Shown here piece by piece: positions 49,901-61,729 of a stretch of 64,000 nucleotides of DNA. A program made the translations under genes and the position numbers. Each line of letters opens with the position of its first letter. Positions within the stretch are counted from its first letter, which is position 1. The stretch comes from Mustelus asterias (taxonomy: Eukaryota), in the NCBI RefSeq assembly GCF_964213995.1, contig NC_135807.1, positions 137,392,001-137,456,000 on the forward strand, in the 5' to 3' direction. Below the pieces are notes generated by a model. The model had not been told where the DNA came from. It saw nothing but the letters and a program-made list of their open reading frames with translations, and searched no databases.

Positions 49901-52807
49901 AGTGCAGTTGATCAGTTTGATGAATTCCAGCACTGTGGAAACACCGGTAACATTGAGGAAGGGTGCTACCATCATGGTCAGCTTGGCCAATCATAATAAC
50001 TACTCTAGCAGGAGAAAGCAAGTGGATCCAATAACTAGTGGCACCAATAGGGCATGTCATGGCAATGGGCAAGCAACATTCTGGATACAGAGGTGGTTTC
50101 AGATCTGGAGAGTCTCATTGTGTGGTCAACATGGTTGCTGGACAAGTAACTGCACTAAGATATGTGATACCTGATAAATGCATGTCTGAATTCCAAACTT
50201 TATGAAAGAGGAAGATTGCAAAGTTTCGTACTGAATGGTTGTGGATATTTGTTATATAAATATACACTTGCAAAGCACATTTACCTATATTGTGTGGAAG
50301 GGATTTCCTACTAAATTTAGTGCATGCTGCTGCTAAAACAGTGTTGCCATTGTCCCCACCTCTGCCTGAACAACCACTTCTATTAGACGGTGCTGGGGTA
50401 AAATACAGGCAACACAGCACGTACTTTGCCCTAAAACCCTTTCATGGACCTGATATGGAAAACTAAATGGGTTACTTACTAGCTTGGAAACCTGTCCACT
50501 TCTGCCCACCTGGTTCAGATCCTGCCCACAGCAGTTTGGTGCCGCTTTGGTTTATTCCCAAAAGTTTTTAGAGGGTGAAGGTTCTGCGTTATCCAGTTTC
50601 CATTGATTTAATCTCTGGGACGGCCTGAGAAGAGTTGAATTCTCAGAAGGAAATCTAGCACCTCCCCCCATCCCCCCCCCCCCCCCCCCCCACCAACGTT
50701 TTAAAAGCTGTCATACTGAACAGAACTTTAGCAATTTAGTTTTGATCATTCCCCGCAAACTGTGGCAAGTAGGAATTAAAACAAATCTATTCCTCAAAAC
50801 TTTTTTTGTGGACTTGTGTCGACTTAAGATTTTCTAGCTTCTCTCACTCGAGCTATTTTGAATTCTCATTCGGTTGCAGAGTCGCCAAGACATGCATAAA
50901 ATTATTTTCCTCACGGAGCTCGTTTAGATGCTTCAGATGTTTAGACGTGCTGCTAGCTTTGTGCATGGTGCCAGGAATGAATTGCCACAACAGTTGTGTT
51001 CTCTGAGGAGCGATCAGAGTCCTGTCTTTTTAAGCTTATCCTTTATGCAAGTGCGCATCAGCTACCTCAAGTGTTGGAATCAATTCAGCAAGAAGACAGA
51101 ACATTTCCAGACATTCTGTGGTGTGAAAATTGCACCAAGAGCAACATTCTAACACCCTATGATTGACAAATGCACAAGTTTATTTATATTACATTACGTC
51201 GAATTCACAGCACAGAAACAGGTCACTGGTCCCAACATACACCTATCTGAGTGCCTACACTTCACACAAGCTACCTCAATTAACATTAACATTATCTTTG
51301 GTTCCTTTCTCCCTCAAGCGTTTATCCAGTTTTCTTTTATCTATGTTATTCACCTCAAGGGTAGTGAGTTCCACATTCTCACCGGTCTCTGGGTAAACAG
51401 GTTTCTCCTGAATTCAGGCTGATTTTCTTCCTCATCCACTCTATTCCCATATCTCTTGATGCCCTTATGTTCAATGTCAGCCTCAGTCTTGAACATACAC
51501 AACTACAGAGCACCCACAACCCTCTGCGGTAGAAAATTGCAAATCTTCACAACCCACTGAGCGAAGAAATTTCTCCTCATCTCAGTCCTAAATGGCCAAC
51601 CTCTTAAGCTGAGATTTAGTTTCATACTCTCCACCTGCAAGAGACAGCCTGATCAACACTTGTAGTTATCACAAATGGATAAACAAAACTGGTTTCACTT
51701 GATTTTCAACTTTTGCCAGGAATTTCTGACATGCACAATATCGCAACAGCAAAGCAACTGACCTTTATAAAGCAGCTTTAACGCAGTGAAATGTCCCCAG
51801 GCTCTTCACAGAATTGACAATCAAACTAAATCTGACACAGAGCATATTAGCGCAGGTAACCAGAAGCTTGGTCAAAGAAGTACGTTTTAAGGAGCATCTT
51901 AAATGGGAGAGAGAAAGATAGAGAGAGAGAGAGACAGAGAGGTGAATGGAAGGAATTGCAGAGTTTAGGGCCCAGGCAGCATATCAAAGATTGGATATCA
52001 ATAGTCATTGAGGTACTGGAAAGTGCAATGTTGGGTATGGTTGGTTTTATTTGTCAGCTTTAGGATACCGAGTTTAAATGTCCCAGCTGCCTATCTCTGG
52101 CAGGAAGTCAGGAAAGGGCTCTTGTCTCACGAGGTACAGGGTATCAATTCTAAATATTCTCACAAGAGTCCAGATTTTCTGGTAACTGAACTCTTAATGT
52201 CACACATTAGAGGCATCCACCTCATTCCAATAAAACCACTGGATTTGCACCTAATGAGTTATTCTTTACGAGTTCCTCTTCTTGCAGGGATTCACGCAAT
52301 TGGAGGTGGAATTGCTTACCCCACCATTAAATGGGCAGCAGTGACTTAAAGTGCATTTTGCATTCAATGGCAGCAAACATTCATTGGGCATGAAACAGAG
52401 TAATGTGCAAGGCCATAGCATGGCTCTCCACACCAGCACCTGACCTTGTTGATGTAGCAGGAGCAGGAAGTGAGCAACAGAAAAGTGGCCCCATATAGCA
52501 TTCCAGGGTAACATTTCCTCAGAAAAGCCCTGCAGTGGGCCTGACGGAGATCATTGCAGGAGAAAACACCCGGGGCACTATCCAGAATGGCCTGGAAAGA
52601 AGAGGAGATCTTGGCCAGGATTCTCAGGCCGTTCACACTGGCGGGATTCTGTGGTCTCGCTGCAGTGAACGGAGATTTGGCTGAGTGCCAAATTCTCTGC
52701 CCTCGCTTGCAGCAGCGGCAGGGCATCAGCAGCTGGAGAATTCCGACCCATGTCTATGACGTTGGGAAAGCTGACAGCGCAGGAGATACTCAACATTTAC
52801 ATCTTTA

Positions 52808-53180
52808 AAGAAAAGAACTTGCATTTCTATAACACATTGCATAACCTCAGGACATCCCAAAGCACTTTACAGTACATCTGAAGTGTAGTCATTGGTGAAA
52901 TGTAGGAAGTGCGGTCGCCACTTTGTGCACAGCAAGCTCCCACCAACAAACGTGATCCGATAATCTGTTGTTCAGGTTGTTGGCTGCTGGGAATGGTTGG
53001 CCAGGACACCGAGGGGAACTGCCCTGTTCTCCTTTGAAAAGTTGCCGTAGAATCTTTACACCCACTGATGAGGTGATACCGGATTTAAGACTCAGTCAAA
53101 AGATGGCATCCCTGACGGTGCAGCACTCCCTCAGTACAGCACTAGGAGTCTCAGCTTAGTGGCCATTTCTCTGGAGTAGA
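52808..53180 (-). mobile_element. Uninterrupted DeuSINE (SacSINE1-like) copy
   Basis: Minus strand ACTGAGGGAGTGCTGCACCGTCAGGGATGCCATCTTT..GTGTCCTGGCCAACC..GTGGGAGCTTGCTGTGCACAAA..AATGCAAGTTC. Confidence 0.75.
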
Positions 53181-53690
53181 TGGATATGTCATACAAATTA
53201 CAGAATGTTTCTTACCATTCCTGTAAGAGACATTCAAATTAAAGGGCGTTTTTTAAAAAAAGTGCACACTCTGGTATTTCCAGGTGCATCTAATTAGTAC
53301 CCTGTAGTCGCTCACGTCAGTATTGAAGATGCAAAGTAGATAAATATGTCATGGCCCCTTGAATAGCTCCCTAATTAGGGAGGTTGCTGTCTTCTACCAG
53401 AGCTGCAGACGCCAGCACAGATGAAAAAGTAATAAATAATTGGAATTATCATTTTGCAAATCGAATTTAAATCCGGTAAATCTGGTTAGGACATCCTGTG
53501 TAGCTGATTGATGAATCGGAAAATGATCCGCGGCAGTGAGTTGAGTGGGATTTTCTGTGTGATAGTTTGTTATTTAAGATCAAGTATTGTTTGTGTCATT
53601 ACGAAAACAAAAATCGAAATCAATATAAATGACCTTGAGGCTGTCAGATCGTAAAAACGCAACCTGTTCAATCCTGTCAACTCATACTGC

Positions 53691-54178
53691 AAGGAGTCAA
53701 ACAACACCAGGTTAAAGTCCAACAGGTTTATTTGGTAGCAAACGCCACTAGCTTCCGGAGCGCTGCTCCTTCGTCAGGTGAGTGGGCGATCTGCTCATAA
53801 ACAGCAAACAGGGCATATAAAGACACAAACTCAATTTACAGAATAATGAATAATGATTGGAATGCGAGTCTTTACAGCTAATCAAGTCTTAAAGGTACAG
53901 ACAATGTAAGTGGAGGGAGCATTCGCACAGGTTAAAGAGATGTGTATTGTCTCCAGGCAGGACAGCCAGTGAGATTTTGCAAGTCCAGGCAAGTTGTGGG
54001 AGTTACAGATAGTGTGACATGAACCCAAGATCCCGGTTGAGGCCGTCCTCATGTGTGCGGAACCTGGCTATCAGTCTCTGCTCAGTGACTCTGTGCTGTC
54101 GTGTGTTGTGAAGGCCGCCTTGGAGAATGCTTACCCGAATATCAGAGGCCGAATGCCCGTGACCGTGACTCCACATCA
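53691..54178 (-). mobile_element. PLE 3' fragment with pseudo-LTR and mutated hammerhead (53746-53780, GAAA to GGAA)
   Basis: Matches 35365-35800. Direct repeat CAACTCATA(C/T)TGC at 53678-53690 and 54179-54191; inverted 10-bp tail tip CTCCACATCA at the right end. Confidence 0.85.
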
Positions 54179-56961
54179 CAACTCATATTGCGACAGGGTA
54201 GAGTAGCATAGTGGCGAGGTTACTTGGTTAGTAATCCAGAGGCATTGATATGATGACATGAGTTCAAATCCCACCGCTGCAGCTGGAGAATTTAAATTCA
54301 GTTTGTAAATAAATCAAGCACAAAAAGGGACTCTCAGTAATGGTGACCATGAAACTACTGGATTAGCGTAAAAACTGGTCTAGTTCACTGATATCCTTTA
54401 GGGAAGGAAGTCTGCTGCTCTTACACAGTCTGGTCTGTATGTGATTCCAGACTCACTGTGATGTGGTTGATTCTTAAATGCTCCTCTGGAGTGGCCCAGC
54501 AATTTCAAAAGTCTGTATCTGCTTGTAAAGTGGGGAGACAGTGGCATTGTGGTAATGTCACTAGACTCGTAATCCAGTGGCCCAAGTTAATGCCCTGGGG
54601 CAATGGCTTCAAATCCCACGTGACAATTGGTGGGATTAAAATTCAATTAATAAAATTGGGCAGCAGGGTGGCACAGTGGTTAGCACTGCTGCCTCACAGC
54701 GCCAGGGATCCAGATTCAATTCCCAGCTTGGGTCATTGTTTGTGTTTGCAATTTCTCCCCATATCTACATGGGTTTCTTCCGGGTGCTCCGGTTTCCTCC
54801 CACAGTCCAAAGATGTGCAAATTGACCATACTAAATTGCCCCTTAGTGTCAGGAGGACTAGCTAGAGTAAATGCATGGGGTTATAGGGGTAGGGCCTGGG
54901 TGGAATTGTGGTTGGTGCAGACTTGATGGGCCAAATGGCCTCCTTCTGCACTGTAGGATTCAATGATTCTGTGAAAATCTTGAATTGAAAGCATGATCTC
55001 CATAATGGTGACCATGAAACTATCAAATGATTGTCATAAGAACCCATCTCATTCACGAATGCCCTTTAGGGGAGGAAATTGGTCGTCCTTACCTGGTCGG
55101 GCCTACATGTGACTCCAGAGCCACAGCAATGTGACTGTCTCTTAACTGTCCTCAGAAGTGGCCTGGTTCAGTTCAAGGGCATTTAGGGACGAGCCGTTGG
55201 CCGTTCCAGAGATACCCACATCCCATGAAAGAATAAAGGGGGGAAAAAAGCTTTAGGGAGCCCCCACAATCATGAAAGGCCTGTATAAATGCAAATCTTT
55301 GTTTTTCGGTTGTAACAACTACTACTGCTGCTACATAGACTGCAGCTAGTCCTGAAAGAACACACCTTCTCGCCTCCACACATAGGGATGAGCCAGCCCC
55401 GCCAGTGATGTCCCTATCCTGAGAATGTGTTGCTTTAAATGGATGGATTTCCTGACTGCCAACTAATGTACAGGTTCAGTCGGCAGTTAGGAAAGCAAAT
55501 TCAATGTTAGCATTCATGTCGAGAGGTCTAGAATACAAGAGCAGGGATGTACTTCTGAGGCTGTATAAGGCTCTGGGTCAGACCCCATTTGGAGTATTGT
55601 GAGCAGTTTTGGGCTCCGTATCTGAAGAAGGATGTGCTGGCCTTGGAAAGGGTCCAGAGGAGGTGCACAAGAATGATCCCTGGAATGAAGAGCTTGCTGT
55701 ATGGTTGAGGACTCTGGGTCTGTATTCATTGGAGTTTAGAAGGATGAGGGGGGATCTTATTGAAACTTAGAGGATACTGCGAAGCCTGGATAAAGTGGAT
55801 GTGGAGAGGATGTTTCCACTGGTAGGAAAAACTAGAATCACAGGGCACAACCTCAGGCTGAATCCTTTGAAACAGAAATGAGGAGGAATTTCGTCAGCCA
55901 GAGAGTGGTGAATCTGTGGAATTCTTTGCCGCAGAAGGCTGTGGAGGCCAGGTCATTGAATGTCTTTAAGACAGAGATAGATAGGTTCTTGATTAATAAG
56001 GGGATCGGGGTAATGGAGAAAAGGCAGGAGAATGAGGATGGGAAAAATATCAGCCATGATTGAATGGCAGAGTGGCCTAATTGTGCTCCTATGTCTTATG
56101 GTCTTATGGGTGACCAAGCTAAAGACGATGAGGCTCACTAAAATGCTCAGAGCATCAGCCCCTGTAACTGCATTGCAACAGTTCACTTAATAGTCCAAAA
56201 TTTAAACAGAAAGAGAAGTAGTGTAAAACAATTAATAACTAAAAAGCAGTAGGGCAAAGACAAGTTAGCTAATGTTCGGAAGATAAAACATATCATATAG
56301 GTCCTGAGATCATTTAGATTCAATTGGCTGATTGTAGATATCTATTTACTTTTAACCCTTGGATTGTATTAATTCTGTTATCCTGGGGATAGTTACATTA
56401 AATAGGTTAGTTAATTCATTACTCTTGTCACAAAATGGTAGGAAGCTATTAAAATGAATATTTTTTGCATAAGTAATATCAAACTGCCATGTATTTAGTA
56501 AACCATGTCTGGGCAGCAACTAAGAAAAGAATAGGAAACAGGGTGTTCTTTGCAATTGGTACAATTAGCAGTCAGAGTGCTGTGAGCCAGGCAGCAGTTT
56601 AGATACAGATGAGGTGTTGAAGAAGCAGTAGCAAGACAGAGAGAGAGAGAGGCAACCATCCCCAGAAACCAGTTCAGCCAGAGATTAGGGGCTGAAGGCA
56701 TCAGAACAGCAGTGGGAACACACTGTTAAAAATTTTTTAATAGTACCCTACCATTTTGTGACACTATGACAAACTATGGCTCAGTGGATAGCACTTATCA
56801 TGGAATGGTTGCAGCGCAAGAGGAGGCCATTTAGTCCATCATGTCTGTGCTGGCTCCTTGCAAGGGTAATTTTACCCAGTTTCATTCCCTGCATTGTCTC
56901 CGGAGCCTTAAAAATTTTACCTCAGCAGATAATGATCGATTTCCCTTTCAAATCCCATGAT

Positions 56962-57240
56962 TGAATCTGCCTCCACCATGCTCTCAGACAGTGCATTCCA
57001 GATCCTAACCACTCGCTGTGTGAATCTGTCTCCACCACACTCTCAGACAGTGCAGTCCAGACCCTAACCACTCGCTGTGTGAATCTGCCTCCACCACACT
57101 CTCAGACAGTGCAGTCCAGACCCTAACCACTCGCTGTGTGAATCTGCCTCCACCACACTCTCAGACAGTATATTCCAGATCCTAACCACTCGCTGTGTGA
57201 ATCTGTCTCCACCACACTCTCAGATGGTGCATTCCAGATC
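56962..57240. repeat. 59-bp minisatellite x4.7 derived from a CR1 3' coding end
   Basis: Units start at 56962, 57021, 57080, 57139 and 57198. The minus strand of the unit reads TQRVVRIWNALSESVVEADS. Confidence 0.92.
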
Positions 57241-57244
57241 ATTC

Positions 57245-58650
57245 CAGTCTCCCCAATGTATCATGCCTTGGGACATCCTTTCCTGCAGCGTATCAGATAG
57301 ACAACATTGGCTGAGTCGCAAGAGTGTGTACCATGTACCTGGTGGATGGTGTTCTCACGTGAGATAATGGCATCCATGTCAGTGATCCAGCACGTCTTGC
57401 AGAGGTTGCTGTGGCAAGGTTGTGTGGTGTCGAGGTCACTGTTCTCCTGAAGGCTGGGTAGTTTGCTGTGAACAATGGTCCGTTTGAGGTTGTGCAGTTG
57501 TTTGAAGGCAATAAGTGGGGGTGTGGGGATGGCCTTGACGAGATGTGCGTCTTCATCGATGACATATTGAAGGTTCCGGAGAAGATGTTGTAGCTTCTCT
57601 GCTCCGTGGAAGTACTGGACAACAAAGGGTACTCTGTCCGCCATGTCCCATGTTTGTCTTCTGAGGAGGTCGGTGCGGTTTTTCGCTGTGGCGCGTCGGA
57701 ACTGTTGATCGATGAGTCGAGCGCCATATCCTGTTCTTAGGAGGGGGTCTTTCAGCGTCTGTAGGTGTCTGTTGCGATCCTCATCTGAGCAGAGCTTGTC
57801 CCTAGGGGATGGCTTCTTTAACGTGTTTAGGGTGGAAGCTGGAGAGGTGGAGCATCGTGAGGTTATCCGTGGGCTTGCGGTACATTGAAGTGCTGAGGTG
57901 ACCGTCCTTGATGGAGATGCATGTGTCCAAGAATGCAACCGATTCAGACTCTACGGTGAGTTTGATGGTGGACAGCAACCTCTGCAAGACGTGCCGTATC
58001 ACCGACACGGATGCCATCATCTCACGTGAGAACACCATCCACCAGGTACACGGTACATACTCTTGCGACTCGGCTAACGTTGTCTGATACGCTGCAGGAA
58101 AGGATGTCCCGAGGCATGGTACATTGGGGAGACCATGTAGACGCTACGACAATCACCAGACAGGTGTGTTCTCTTCCTGTCGGGGAACACTTCAGCAGTC
58201 ACAGACATTCAGCCTCTGATCTTCGGGTAAGCTTTCTCCAAGGCGGCCTTCATGACACACAATGCAGAATCGCTAAGCAGAAACTGATAGCCAAGTTCCG
58301 CACACATGAGGACAGCCTCAACCGAGATCTTGAGTTCATGTCACACTATCTGTAACCCCCACGACTTGCCTGGGCTTGCAAAATCTCTCTAACTGTCCTA
58401 GCTGGAGACAATACTCATCTCTTTAACCTGTGCTTAACCCTCTCTCCACTCACATTGTCTGTACCTTTAAGACTTGATTACCTGTTCAGACTCGCATTCC
58501 AACCATTATCTTGTAAATTGAGTTTGCGTCTTTATATGCCCTGTTTGTGACCCCAACTCCTCACTCACCTGAAGAAGGAGCGACACTCCGAAAGCTCGTG
58601 CCACCAAATAAACCTGTTGGACTTTAACCTGGTGTTGTGAGACTTCTTAT
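57245..58650. mobile_element. Rearranged PLE: minus-strand RT-thumb/GIY-YIG piece (57245-57968) joined to a plus-strand GIY-YIG/pseudo-LTR piece (57971-58650)
   Basis: Both parts match 35365-36640; 57247-57412 and 57971-58133 are inverted copies of each other. Confidence 0.88.
58566..58600 (+). ncRNA. Minimal hammerhead ribozyme motif in PLE pseudo-LTR
   Basis: CAC CUGAAGA A GGAG CGACA CUCC GAAA GC UC^ GUG, with intact core. Confidence 0.7.
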
Positions 58651-59049
58651 GGAGATAGAGCAGAGGAACGGGTCTGGGTAAGATGCCCTGTCAGAGAATC
58701 AGTGTAGATATAATGGGCTGAATGGTCGCTTCTGAACTGTAGGGATTCAATGATTCCCTCAGCACTAAGGCCTGACCTGGAGGGTTGTGTTTCACCTGCG
58801 AAGAGTATGGATGCAGCTTCCAAAGAACGGCCCCGCCCCATGGATGCTGAGGGGCGGTCCCAGCACCGGCCACGCCCCGTGGATGCTGAGGGGCGGTCCC
58901 AGCACCGGCCACGCACCCTGGATGCTGAGGGCGATTCCAGCGCTGGCCCTGCCCATTGGCCCCGTCCACTCGTCACTATGACGCGTTTCCAGCGTTGGCC
59001 CCGCCCCCATTGCGAGCTGTCTCTGACGTCAGCAGGGATGCGCAGTGGG

Positions 59050-59149
59050 GAACTACGCAGGTTCCTCGAGCTTTCGGTTCTGTTTGCGGTTGTCGGTTGT
59101 GTGGTGGCTGAAAATTCCGTTGGAAGAAGGAGTTAGCCTCGGAGGACAG
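59050..59149 (+). other. Candidate first exon of an unidentified plus-strand gene
   Basis: Lies just downstream of the GC box/CRE cluster and ends CAG|GTACGT; alternative donor GGA|GTGAGT at 59221. Start is approximate. Confidence 0.5.
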
Positions 59150-59365
59150 GTACGTGCGCTTTCCCCTTCATAACTGCCTGTCCGTCGTGGATTCAAATGG
59201 TGGTTGAACCGATAAACGGAGTGAGTGACTTCAGTCAGATGAGGTGAAGCAGCATGAAGCGCCCGGCTCAGGAAGCAGAAGGCGGCTCCTTCTTGTTGCC
59301 TCATGAAGTGGCGGCTCCGCCGCGGCCTCCGGGTGCTGGGTGCTGCGCGAGAGCGAGGCACTCAC

Positions 59366-59440
59366 CATCCGGGGTCTTGAGGAGTCCCTGCGTCGCCAGT
59401 GCCCGAGAGGCGGAGTCGCCATGGCAACCAGCTCAGTCAC
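59366..59440 (-). other. Candidate minus-strand first exon
   Basis: Donor ATG|GTGAGT (intron from 59365), with GC boxes and the X-box at its 5' side. Confidence 0.5.
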
Positions 59441-59473
59441 GGGGAGGGGAAAGGGGCGGGGCTACGACGGCCA

Positions 59474-61680
59474 CCCTGACCGCGCCCCCACCTCGCCCCA
59501 CCCTGACCGCGCCCCCACCTCGCCCCACCCTGACCGCGCCCCCTCCTCGCCCCACCCTGACCGCGCCCCCTCCTCGCCCCACCCTGACCGCGCCCCCTCC
59601 TCGCCCCACCCTGACCGCGCCCCCTCCTCGCCCCACCCTGACCGTGCCCCCTCCTCGCCCCACCCTGACCGCGCCCCCTCCTCGCCCCAGCCTGACCGCG
59701 CCCCCTCCTCGCCCCAGCCTGACCGCGCCCCCTCCTCGCCCCAGCCTGACCGCGCCCCCTCCTCGCCCCACCCTGACCGCGCCCCCTCCTCGCCCCACCC
59801 TGACCGCGCCCCCTCCTCGCCCCACCCTGACCGCGCCCCCTCCTTGCCCCACCCTGACCGCGCCCCCTCCTCGCCCCACCCTGACCGCGCCCCCTCCACG
59901 CCCCACCCTGACCGCGCCCGCTCCTCGCCCCACCCTGACCGCGCTCCCTCCTCGCCCCACCCTGACCGCGCCCCCTCCTCGCCCCACCCTGACCGCAGCC
60001 CCTCCTCGCCCCACCCTGACCGCGCCCCCTCCTCGCCCCACCCTGACCGCAGCCCCTCCTCGCCCCACCCTGACCGCAGCCCCTCCTCGCCCCACCCTGA
60101 CCGCAGCCCCTCCTCGCCTCACCCTGACCGCGGTCCCTCCTCGCCCCACCCTGACCGCGGCCCTTCCTCGTCCCACCCTGACCGCGCCCCCTCCTCGCCC
60201 CGCCCTGACCGCGCGCGCCCCCTCCCCGCCCTGACCGCGCGCGCCCCCTCCTCGCCCCGCCCTGACCGTGCGCGCCCCCTCCCCGCCCTGACCGCGCGCG
60301 CCCCCTCCTCGCCCCGCCCTGACCGCGCGCGCCCCCTCCTCGCCCCGCCCTGACCGCGCGCGCCCCCTCCTCGCCCCGCCCTGACCGCGCGCGCCCCCTC
60401 CTCGCCCCGCCCTGACCGCGCGCGCCCCCTCCTCGCCCCGCCCTGACCGCGCGCGCCCCCTCCTCGCCCCGCCCTGACCGCGCGCGCCCCCTCCTCGCCC
60501 CGCCCTGACCGCGCGCGCCCCCTCCTCGCCCCGCCCTGACCGCGCGCGCCCCCTCCTCGCCCCGCCCTGACCGCGCGCGCCCCCTCCTCGCCCCGCCCTG
60601 ACCGCGCGCGCCCCCTCCTCGCCCCGCCCTGACCGCGCGCGCCCCCTCCTCGCCCCGCCCTGACCGCGCGCGCCCCCTCCTCGCCCCGCCCTGACCGCGC
60701 CCCCTCCTCGCCCCGCCCTGACCGCGCCCCCTCCTCGCCCCGCCCTGACCGCGCCCCCTCCTCGCCCCGCCCTGACCGCGCCCCCTCCTCGCCCCGCCCT
60801 GACCGCGCCCCCTCCTCGCCCCGCCCTGACCGCGCCCCCTCCTCGCCCCGCCCTGACCGCGCCCCCTCCTCGCCCCGCCCTGACCGCGCCCCCTCCTCGC
60901 CCCGCCCTGACCGCGCCCCCTCCTCGCCCCGCCCTGACCGCGCCCCCTCCTCGCCCCGCCCTGACCGCGCCCCCTCCTCGCCCCGCCCTGACCGCGCCCC
61001 CTCCTCGCCCCGCCCTGACCGCGGCCCCCTCCTCGCCCCGCCCTGACCGCGGCCCCTCCTCGCCCCGCCCTGACCGCGGCCCCTCCTCGCCCCGCCCTGA
61101 CCGCGGCCCCTCCTTGCCCCGCCCTGACCGCGGCCCCTCCTTGCCCCGCCCTGACCGCGGCCCCTCCTCGCCCCGCCCTGACCGCGGCCCCTCCTCGCCC
61201 CGCCCTGACCGCGGCCCCTCCTCGCCCCGCCCTGACCGCGGCCCCCTCCTCGCCCCGCCCTGACCGCGGCCCCCTCCTCGCCCCGCCCTGACCGCGGCCC
61301 CGCCCTGACCGCGCCCCCTCCTTGCCCCGCCCTGACCGCGCCCCTCCTCGCCCCGCCCTGACCGCGCCCCTCCTCGCCCCGCCCCTCCACGCCCCCTCCT
61401 CGCCCTACCTTGCCCCGCCCTGACGGCGCCCCTACCTTGCCCCGCCCTGACGGCGCCCCCACGTTGCCCCGCCCTGACGGCGCCCCCACCTTGTCCCGCC
61501 CTGACGGCGCCCCCACCTTGCCCCGCCCTGACGGCGCCCCCTCCTCGCCCCGCACCTTGCCCCGCCCTGACGGCACCCCCTCCTCGCCCCGCACCTTGCC
61601 CCGCCCTGACTGCGCCCCCTCCTCGCCGGCCGCCCTGACTGCGGCCCCTCCTCGCCCCGCCCTGACTGCGCCCCACCCCT
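59474..61680. repeat. GC-rich VNTR, 27-bp unit CCCTGACCGCGCCCCCTCCTCGCCCC(A/G) with 31-bp and other variant blocks
   Basis: Directly visible tandem array of about 2.2 kb. Confidence 0.97.
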
Positions 61681-61729
61681 CGCCCCCTGCCCCGGCTGCC
61701 CTTCCTTTCTCCCCCCCTCCCCCCCCCCC

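Larger units (their letters stand above)
58829..59470. promoter_or_regulatory. CpG-island promoter region
   Basis: High CpG density, a 39-bp GC-box repeat at 58829-58933, ATTGG, GC box 58997-59008, full CRE TGACGTCA 59024-59031, RFX X-box 59415-59428, and splice donors on both strands. Confidence 0.85.

Noticed and set aside
56962-57240. CRISPR-like array
   Set aside because: Head-to-tail units with no unique spacers, LINE-derived, in a eukaryotic context.
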